Source: the human T2T-CHM13v2.0 reference genome, Homo sapiens
DNA: 64,000 bases
Strand: one strand, 5' to 3'
NCBI RefSeq assembly: GCF_009914755.1
Contig: NC_060930.1
In this document: one piece after another, positions 54,849 through 64,000 of the stretch
Layout of the letters: each line of letters begins with the position of its first letter
How positions within the stretch are numbered: the first letter of the stretch is position 1
Program-made: the position numbers and the translations under genes
The notes under the pieces: generated by a model
What the model was told of the DNA's origin: nothing
Database searches by the model: none
The model's input: the letters and a program-made list of their open reading frames with translations, nothing else

Positions 54849-55544
54849 TATGGCATCCATTCCACAATGGTACTCAATGGTACTGTGTACACTGCCTAAG
54901 AATCCTAACCTTTATTTTTGCTCCACTCATCACTTCTATTTCCAGTTCTGTGATGCCAACAAATTGGGTAATTGTACAGCAGCATGTTATTATGTTTCTT
55001 CACCTCCCCTTCTTACTATGGGTCCCTTCTCCGCCTTCCTCAAACATGGCAGCCCTGTGGGATGTTGAGGCTCTTGAGGCTCCTCAGTTTGAAATGAATG
55101 AGCTTGCTGAAGTGGAAACATTAGAAGGGCATGATTGGCAGATTATTTTGCTCCAGCACCTTCTTGACAGAAGTGCACAAAGCTCTTCAAGAAGATGGAG
55201 CTGCTGCCAGATGCCCTCTGTCCAGCCTCCTGGAAGCCCAGGAGAAAGCTGGAGTGGACGCCATCCTTCTGGCCTCCTCCTGAAGGACATACTGGTTTCC
55301 TTAATTTCTTTTCTACTTTTTGTCCTTCAGTCTGTTGTCCCTGCACAGCTATAGAGAAAACAAGGATTACAGATTCCATGTCGTTTTGCAGCCAGGGAAC
55401 ATCTTTGGCTAGAGATTTGACGGAAGTCAGTGCCAAGTGGCTGTGTCCCTGTAAGCAGTCCATTATTTCTAATGGTCTATTTGCATGCAAACCTCCAGGC
55501 CAGAGGCAGAAGTAAACATCCCAGAAACTTGTCCCTGGAGACTC

Positions 55545-56000
55545 TGGGACACTCTCATTTACACGCTGTGCTCCATTCACGGCGCTGAGTTACGACAGCC
55601 CTGTAAGATGGTATTAGCATCTCCATTTTATCAGAAGAAAAATAACTTCCGAGAGGGTTAAGCAATGGGTAAACACGGACATAAATATGGCAACAAGAGA
55701 CACTGGGGACTACTAGAGAGGGGAGTGAGGGAGGAGGGAGGGTTGAAAAACTAACTATTCGGTGCTATGCTCACTACTTGCGTTGCAGAATGATTTGAAC
55801 CCCAAAGCTCAGCATCACGCAATATACCCATCCAGCAAACCTACACAGGTACCACCTGAATGTAAAATAAAAGTTGAAATTATAAAAAATTGTAAATTAC
55901 AAATAAATGAATAAATAAAATTTTTTAAAATACAGTTAAGAAGGGGACTTTGCAGTCTGGTGTACCTGACACTAAAGCCCGTGTATCTTTACCATATCAT
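55545..56000 (-). mobile_element. MIR split by an L1 3' end
   Basis: acagccctgtaagatggtattagcatctccattttatcagaagaaaa...agagggttaag; appears to resume at gttaag near 55935. Confidence 0.55.
55662..55920 (+). mobile_element. L1PA16/L1PB-like 3' end
   Basis: gggttgaaaaactaactatt.ggt.ctatgctcactac...ctcagcatcacgcaatataccc...aaaataaaagttgaaa. Confidence 0.9.
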
Positions 56001-56926
56001 GTTTAAAAAATCATTTTCAAGAGAGGCAAGAAATTTCAGTGGAGAAAAAGACTGAGTATGTAGAATGGAAGATTCTCTAGATGTGTTGATTTTGTTTATC
56101 ACGGTGTCAACTACCGGAGGAGTAGGCAATTTTATGTGGATGTAGACCATGCACCTTTATCAGGAGTACTTTTTCAGGTCAATTCCCTTCCCTAGCACTA
56201 AAAATAATTAATAGATCTCTTTGAGAGACTAAGACAGTGAGGAGAAAGTACATTTACCTACCACAACTAATGAGACCTGAATAACTGGAACAGAATATTT
56301 GGAAAAAAATAATGGTTTAAATGGTTAACGATGTGTAACTAGTAATATAATAGCTACTTCAACGGAGCTTTCATGTAAAACAGAATTTCATTGCAAGTTT
56401 AAGTTTTCTTTTGAGAAAAATTTGGCTATGTAAAGGTGAGTTTGGCAATTTTAAGTTTACAACTTATTGGTCAATAAGTAGTAGTAAGCCTCTTTTGTGT
56501 TTGTTGAGTTAATAAACTATGGTTCTTGGACAATTTCTTTGTTGGATGTTAATCTATAACTCTTATTTGACCTGTTATTTGACATTTCTAACCTCTTCCT
56601 TAAACATTAACCAGAACCCTGAGTACTTTCTTTTCCAACACGGGTAAGGGATTGATTTTTTTTCTTAATTTCATAACTTATGAAGCTAAAATGTGCAATA
56701 TTTTGACTGAGTGAATTAGGAATTCTTGTTGGGATTTGGGAAAAAGAAAGTTATGAGAAACTGATGACTGCCTATGTAATACTTCCTTTATAGGAAATTC
56801 TTAATACCCTTATATAGGAAATTTTAATACCCTTCTTACATATCTTTTGTTCCTGGTGACATAGAAGAACAAGTTTAACAACATCTTAAGAAAGAAAATT
56901 ATTAAATATTTACAGTCACAAACCTT

Positions 56927-57300
56927 TGTTCAAAAAAGCACTTAAAAATTATATTTAATAGAGTTTAATTGAGTAAAGTGAATCACATAGCCCTCAAACT
57001 AGAATAGGTTTAGAGAGACTAGTGTTTTTGTGTGGTCAAAGAAGACTTATGGAAAAAAAAGGAAAATGATGTACAGAAAATGGAAGTCAGGTACACAAAC
57101 AGTTGTATTGGTTACACCTTGGTGTCTATTTGAACTGCTTTGAAGAATTTGTCACCTTTCAGAGGCCAAAACTTGGTGATCTTCGTGATTGGAACAAGAG
57201 GAGGTTATAGCCTGATTACACAGTTTACTCTGTACAGGGAAAACTTTAGGCCAGACTTAAAATACGCAAGGAGGCAGCTTAGGCTAAATTTGCTTTAACA
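56927..57300 (-). mobile_element. MER57-type ERV1 LTR (3' LTR)
   Basis: Reverse complement begins TGTTAAAGCAAATTTAGCCTAAGCTGCCTCCTTGCG, a MER57-type start; CCAAT boxes appear as attgg on the + strand. Confidence 0.85.
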
Positions 57301-58340
57301 ATTCTCTCTTTATGGTCAACCTCCAAAAATCATGAGGGGTTAACCAAAACTCTAGGCACTGATGACATTTTGTCACTATTATAAACATATTCACACAGTT
57401 TTAAATTTTATTGGGAAGTAGTTGGATAGTGGGTTTTGTAAAGTGAAAAGAAGGACTTTAGGTTACTTTTCTGTAAGGATTAGAGTAGAAGGAACCTCTG
57501 TGTGTTGAAATTTTTTGATTTTAGGAGATAAAACCTGGTCTGCTATAGTTTTTTTTTTTTTTTAAGTTTTAGTTTGTTTATGTGATATTTAGTATGAGTG
57601 ACTTTAGTTTGGTTTGGTCTGGTCGGTTGGAGCCTAGTACATGAGTTTAGTCAAAAGCAATAGCCTCTTATAATTTTATGTTTTATTTATTTATTTGTTT
57701 GTTTGTTTATTTATTTATTTATTCATTTATTGGATAGGTGAGAGGGTGACCCAAACTTTACTGTTGGCTTCGTGGTACTTTTAGCTATTATTATTTTCAG
57801 TTTTCGGTCTCAGTGTGTCTTATATGTTACAGTGACTTGTTGATCACTTTTTGGAGTTTTTGTTGTTTGGGTTGAAGAGGGACCAGTTGACAGTTTATAG
57901 ATGTCTGTATGTAAACATTTGAGAAAATATAGTATTTTGGGGAGGCTACTATTATGACTATTAGGAAGATAATATTAAGAGTTTGAAATATGGTTTCTGG
58001 TCAGAGTCTCTATGAATCAATTAAAATTGAAGAGTTTTAAACGTGAGTTAGATAAATAGTATTTGTTTTAGCCAAGTAGTCTGTTAATCTCTCACAATTG
58101 AATCTTTATAATTTTTATGTATAACAAAAAGTGTTCATAACAAAACAGATTCTTTTTGTGTAGTCAATGGATAATCTAGTGTGATTTTATTATTAGGAAC
58201 AATTTTAGTAACAGAATTTAGTCTTTTGTGTAACAATAGTCTTTGTAGTAGAATTTCTTATGGAGTCTATTATGAGGGATGCATTTATAATGACTGTCCC
58301 ATTTATTTTAAACTATGGAAAAAGAGACCTAATAAGTCAT
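57301..58340 (-). mobile_element. MER57/MER4-group ERV internal region (3' part), C-depleted on + strand
   Basis: Polypurine-tract relic abuts the LTR (attctctcttt); MER4-group internal motifs tttggtttggtctggtc and ctactattatgacta. Confidence 0.8.
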
Positions 58341-58674
58341 GTATCCTGAGAAGAGTGAAGGACAAAATCTTTAGGCCAAACGTTATAAATAGAATGAAAC
58401 AGCTTTAGACTAAACTTCATGTAACACCTTCAAGTGTGAGCCACAGTGATGAGTAACCAGGGTCTCAAGCTGGTATTTTTTCAAGCAAAAAATACTTCAA
58501 AAAAGCCACTGGAGTAGGGGTGGGGAGCGGGTAAGAAGATCCATATCTGCTTATCAACTCCTGTTTTTTTTTTTTTCCATTTCTTTTTGTATTTGGTGTC
58601 TACAAAAGAGCCTTAACATGGTTTAATAAACATGTGTCATAGACTGCATGGAGTTGCTTATGTTGTTTCAGGAT

Positions 58675-58829
58675 ACTTAAAGGAAATGCTCACTGGAACG
58701 TTCTAGATTTTGGATTTGGAATGTTCACCCAGTTAAGTATACTGTAAATATTCAAAACTCCAGAAAAATAGTCTGAAATACAGAACACTTATGGTCCTAT
58801 GAATTTTGGATAGGGATACTAGACATGTA
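58675..58829. mobile_element. Tigger4/MER46 (Zombi)-like fragment
   Basis: ggaaatgctcactgga...aacacttatggtcc...ggatagggatactagacatgta. Confidence 0.75.
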
Positions 58830-58899
58830 CTTACAAAATGGTTTTGAAAATTCCTTAGTACAAGAAAGACTCTGCCAATCTGATACAAATATGGCTTTG

Positions 58900-58996
58900 T
58901 ACACACACACACACACACACACAAACACACACCCCACTCTCTCTCTCTAGATATATATACATATATATACATATTAACATATAACACATATACACA
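58900..58996 (+). repeat. Compound (CA)n/(TC)n/(TA)n microsatellite
   Basis: Direct reading. Confidence 0.9.
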
Positions 58997-59858
58997 AGTA
59001 AATATACTTTTCACTGAATTTTGGGTGGACATGGACCCACGGTTCTTGTCTGGGACATCAGCTACTAGGTCTGAGTCCCCTGTCTGTGCCCTGTGCATCT
59101 GGGAATGTGTACACACTCTTCAAAACTCCAGTTAATCACCATCCTCCCTGGGAAGCTTCCATGCTAGAGGATTGAGGAATCCAACTCTTGAGAAACAAGA
59201 ACATCCTCTTCAGCTCTTCATTCTAATACTTAGCAGATATCATAGTGTTTTCTTAGTTGGGAGACTAGATTCTGTCTCCCTCATTTGCCCCAACTTCATG
59301 CCCACTGGAGCTCCAGACACCCACTGGAGGAGGCAGTGACAACAGGATTTGCCTCCAAAGAACACAGACCGCACCCTTGTGTGAATAAGGGAATTTTGTT
59401 ACTCCTGATTACTTTACCCATCCTAGAATACGCTGAATTTAGCCATAAAAGAAGTTGAAAAAGATACTCAGAAGAAGAAAAAAGAACACTAGAGTGGCAA
59501 ATTGTATTATATTACCAGTTTTACACATATCCACATGGATCCTTATGTTTGTGGGGTCCACAGCCTGACCACTGTAATCCCTCACATTCATGTTTCCCCG
59601 CCGTGTAGAAAAGCTATACAGGGTATTCCTGCTGTACACGCAGCCACTGTGCAAAGATGACCCTACTCTCCTTGGCACTGAGGAGCCGAAGTCATCCCCT
59701 GAGAGAGAGGCAGCCTACAAATGAATACCTGGGGCCAGGGGCCTCCAGAGAGGGGAGTTACTACACCAGGCAATGCTTCTCTCCCAGACAGCTTGAATAT
59801 TAAATGTGTAAACATACTAGACAGCAAAGTAGTGCCGAAACCAAGAAATGGACACACG

Positions 59859-60117
59859 GAGAGAGAGGGGGAAAGGGAAGGGGAGAGGGAGGGAGTGGGA
59901 GAGGGAGACGGAGAGTGAGAGGGAAAGGGAGGGGGAGGGGGAGGGGAGGAGGAGAGAGAGAGGCAGAAGGAGAAGAACAGGGAGAGGGAGAGGGAGGGAG
60001 GGGGGAGGGGGAGGGGAAAGGGGGAGGAAGAGGGGGAGAGGGAGAGGGAAAGAGAGAGGTAGGAAGAGACCACGAGGAGAGAGGAGGAGGAAGACAAAGT
60101 AAAGGCAGGAGGAGAAG
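59859..60117 (+). repeat. ~260-bp GA-rich polypurine tract
   Basis: Almost entirely G/A with many GGG+ runs. Confidence 0.95.
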
Positions 60118-63100
60118 CCCAGTCTGGGAGGTAGAGACAGCAACAACTTGAGTCATGCGCTGGACACAGTGCCCACTTAGCAGGAACCGCTGCAGCTACA
60201 GATGGGTCCCAAATCATGAACGAGGACGTTCTGGTTGCACTTCCATCCTAAGAGGATGGTGGAGGGTGATGCTTTTTGTTTCTTACTCATTTCCCTGTGC
60301 ATCCATACAGTTAGCCAATACCCTCTAAAGTAATAAAAGTGTATTTCTGCTCCGAGTAACTTGGTTGAACTAATATTCAAATCCAAATCTGCAGACTGGT
60401 AGGCTGACTAGGCTATGTGAATGTGTAAGGAACACAGAATGTGCATACAAATTCCATACAGACAGAGAGGACTGGGCTGGCATTAAGGAAGACCAGTCAC
60501 TTCAGAGGACTGGCCAAGAGGCCAGTGACACCACGCTCGGTGACACCACAGCTCTTCTCATGGTTTCAACCCCAGAGGCAGATATTCTTGGCTGCCTTCT
60601 TGAGTGCCCTGACGGGGGCCACTCCTTTTGTCTCTTTCTTTGATTTCTCTGGGTGCAGACTAAAATTCTCCTTGAATCTAGTTCAAACTGTCCAAAAGAG
60701 GGGATCTATTCAGTTCGATTCATCACACTGGATGGAGTTCTTAGACCAACACACGCCACAGGCCCATGGCCAGCCTACAGATCGGCTCCCTGATGTCATG
60801 CCATGGCCATGGAAAGACTGAACCATCACAGAAGGGGCTGCCAGCACTGGGACAGGCATGTAAGTCATATGAGACCATCTACCTTGGTCAACCAGGCAGT
60901 GCTAATCGGGAGAGTAAGAGGACAGCACGGAGATTAGCAACCCAAAGCAATACCCCAGCAGGTATTAGAGTTGACCATTGGAGCTTGGCATGTTTTGGTT
61001 ATTAATACTCCAAACTATTCATGCTTAAGGCAATGTGGAATTTCAAGTGAAAGCCAGATGGTTCTTGGGCAAGAGGAGGAAAGAAAAACAAAGCATCATG
61101 TGCTTGGGAGAACGCCTAGTAAAACAAGAGGATCCCAGTCTCTCCCAGCAGAGTGTGGGCATCGTTCACTCCCTTTGGTACAATCCATTCCCTTTCTCGT
61201 CGGGATTCACACAGCATGGTCAAAGGCAATACTTTAACATCACGAAATCAAGCTAGGTTTACAAATGTAAGGTAAGAGATAAAGAAAGACCATCTATCTG
61301 GAGTTCTTTTCTCCCCTTTCTTTCTATGTGTAGAATAAAAGGACAGAGAAGAGACAGAAATTTAAAGGGAAACAAGGCAAGTGCTGAAATAAACCTGCCA
61401 TCTATTTTAAGTGAAACAATTTATTTGGGTTTCAAGAATACTTTTTTCTGTCTCTCGTTCTTCCTAAATCCCAGATTATCAGTCTAATCGAAGATCATAA
61501 AGGAGATGACAAAACAATTATCAGAGAGAAAACTGGATTCCACTTAGCAGCGGCTACCAAAAGTACAGTTTAATGTGTTTTCAATGAGGTGGGCCCCTGG
61601 GGGCCTGAACACCCACAGGCCAACGGATGTTTCTATGTAAGAAGAGCAACGTCATCAGCAAAAGCAATTTCCCACTTTTATTAATCCAGTTTATTTTAAG
61701 GCATGATTATTCAAGCTTTCGTCTGCTATAGTTAGTCTTGTATTTTCAGGATAATAAGACTGGTGAGGCTAGTTATCAAGTGCCTATGCACAGAATTCAA
61801 ATGGCCTTTGTTCTACCTGGCAGTCTCAAGAACTGTTAAATGAGCTTAAACTTTATTACAAGAAGAAACAGAACATGCTGAGTGAAAGGTCTGCTTAGTT
61901 GCTTACCATAAAACCACAACTACTTAGGAAACTTATGCTCTGCATATTCTAAACCTGAAGGAGCCTCTAATGGGGCATTTGGGGTCAGTTTTAAGATGAT
62001 TCCTCAAAAATGCCCCCAAATAAGACCTGGAAGGGGATTCCACACTTGGCTGTCTCTGCAGAGCCACAGGCAACAACACAGAGGTGCCATGATTTATTTA
62101 ATGGAAGCTTGGTAGTGACTCAATATCAAGAACTCACCTTGAGAAGCCACATTTCAAGTATCTGAAAACAACTGGCAGGCCTTTATTCAAATACTTTAAA
62201 TAGATCAAAGCTGTTTATTCTCTAAACTCCTCTCCCCTTCTTACACATTTTAACCAAGTCAATGTTTTCCTTCTATTTCTCTCAGAGGTCTAAACATCTC
62301 TAAACTATATTTGGCCTAAAGTTTTGCTTGACCACATGATTTTAAGAACTGTTGAATTTGAGTGCCATTGCCAGGGAAGCTGGGAAGATGGCTGGATACC
62401 AGCATTTACAAAGGTCTCATCACTCCATGAGTGATAAATTCCCATTTCTCACATGGTTCCTATGGGCTGGGAGTAGGAGTCCTCAATTCATTGTCCTTCT
62501 GAAAGGCCCAGATCTATGAATTGGGAGATTACTTGTATTCAGCAGTTACATTTTCTACTTTTTGTGGGCTTTGAGGAGATTAGAAGGGGTAAGAGAAAGA
62601 TATTTGACATACTTCTTTCTCTACCCCTCAAGACTAAATAAATACTAACTCAACTATCTTACTACTTCAAGTTTCTAAATAAATCTCCCATTCAGGGTCA
62701 GGCTAATCCCCTTAACTCTCCTCTCCAGTATCATTCTGATCCCATCCGACACCTCCCAAACTGAGCCTCAATGCCTTTCCCGCATGGACCCGCCTCTGGC
62801 TGGTGAAGCCAAAGGTCCTGAGAGCATGCATGTGGACAGAGCTAGGCAGGTTTCCTTGGCGTCTCCTGGGGACGTCACATATTATCCTCCATTATGATTG
62901 TCACAGTACATGGTATGAGCAGACAATAGATTTTAAGGCACTTTAAAAAAATGCTTGTGTAAATGAAATGGAGCATTTGGATTCAATTTAGTAGCCTTAT
63001 ACAATATCTGCTTTTTATTTCAGAGAAGACTTCTGAGGTAGCTGATGAACATGCCGGCAGAGAGGTTGAATTCCGAGGTGAACCAGTCATTCCAATCCAA

Positions 63101-63555
63101 GGGAGACAGCGTTTGGAAGCTTTAATGTAAACAGAAACCCTGCGGGACTCACTTGTGCATACAGCTGTCAAAACAATTCAATATCCAGAGATAAACAGGG
63201 TATAAGACACCCACTAGTATATTATACTGGAATGCAACATCTTTTTAAAATTATGTTGCCATATTCTGTACTTTATCGAGTACCTTCCATTTTAATATTT
63301 CATCTAATAGACTGTAATTTGGCACTTTGGGTAGTAAATAGTGAATTAAATGCTGATGTGGCTTATTAGGGCAAGTAAATTTGAAATCAAGTATAGTGAT
63401 AGCATTATAATGTGACATGTCATCAGTTTACAGAAGAGATTTCTCAAAGGAACACAGAGTTCTGAATACATGGGTGTTGGTATCATCATAGAGAACAGCA
63501 AGTATTCATTATTCATTTAGGAAAGGAAATGTGTACCTGGATAATAGTTTAAAGC

Positions 63556-63706
63556 TATATATATATATATACACACATATATATATGTGTGTATATATAT
63601 ATATGTATATATACACACATATATATGTGTGTATATATATGTATATATACACACATATATATGTGTGTATATATATATATATGTATATATACATATATAT
63701 ATGTAT
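63556..63706. repeat. AT-rich palindromic compound microsatellite
   Basis: Repeated TATATACACACATATATATGTGTGTATATA units, each self-complementary. Confidence 0.93.
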
Positions 63707-63759
63707 CATTAACATCAAGGCTGCATGAACCAATTTGCTTTGCACAAAGACACAGGAGA

Positions 63760-63930
63760 GGTGGTATCAAGTAGTGGAAGGAGTTGTGGCTTTGGAGTTA
63801 AAGATACTCATTCAGATTCTATCATTTGCTAGATATAAGCCTTGAGAAATATACTTCTGTGGGCTTCAATGCTCTCTACTGTTTAAAAAAAAACCTTGAA
63901 AAATTCCACCTTGCAGCATTGTTTTCAAAT
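63760..63930 (+). mobile_element. MIR fragment
   Basis: gtagtggaaggagttgtggctttggagtta...gccttgagaaat...ttctgtgggcttcaat. Confidence 0.6.
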
Positions 63931-64000
63931 TGTCAATTTCAACTGGCGCTCAGTGAATGGGAGGTGTTGGAAATGAAGACATTCAGCACATAAATAAGGA

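Noticed and set aside
59663-60217. Long Pro/Ser/Leu- or Gly/Glu/Arg-rich ORFs; GGGAGA hexamers resembling an SVA head
   Set aside because: Translation of a low-complexity polypurine tract; no adjacent SVA Alu-like domain.
63509-63774. Tyr/Ile-rich ORFs
   Set aside because: Translations of the (TA)n compound microsatellite.

Overview
Human-type (hominid) non-coding genomic DNA. The human assignment rests on an SVA_F-type element plus AluY/S/J, L1PA and THE1 elements. I found no protein-coding gene, rRNA, tRNA or CRISPR array that I can support. Recognisable ORFs are transposon relics (Tigger1 transposase, L1 ORF2) or come from Alu, SVA or low-complexity sequence, and the rest look like chance frames. 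The window is a mosaic of L1s, Alus, a full-length SVA, MaLR/ERV LTRs, a Tigger1 with both ends, and small DNA transposons and MIR/L2/CR1 relics. Most notable: (1) a MER57-type ERV remnant with strong one-strand C depletion, consistent with APOBEC-type hypermutation; (2) 11 unexplained bases between the SVA 5' TSD and its hexamer, possibly a 5'-transduced tag from a parent element; (3) several fold-back palindromes (7226-7372, 38405-38491, 36670-36739); (4) a 3x54-bp tandem repeat carrying a branch point plus 3' splice-site motif in every unit; (5) a THE1 LTR retaining a DUX4 site, TATA box and consensus splice donor; (6) an Alu sitting in an apparent deletion of Tigger1. I cannot support a wholly new biological system. 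Repeat subfamily calls come from recalled consensus sequences, not from a search, and boundaries of old elements are approximate.
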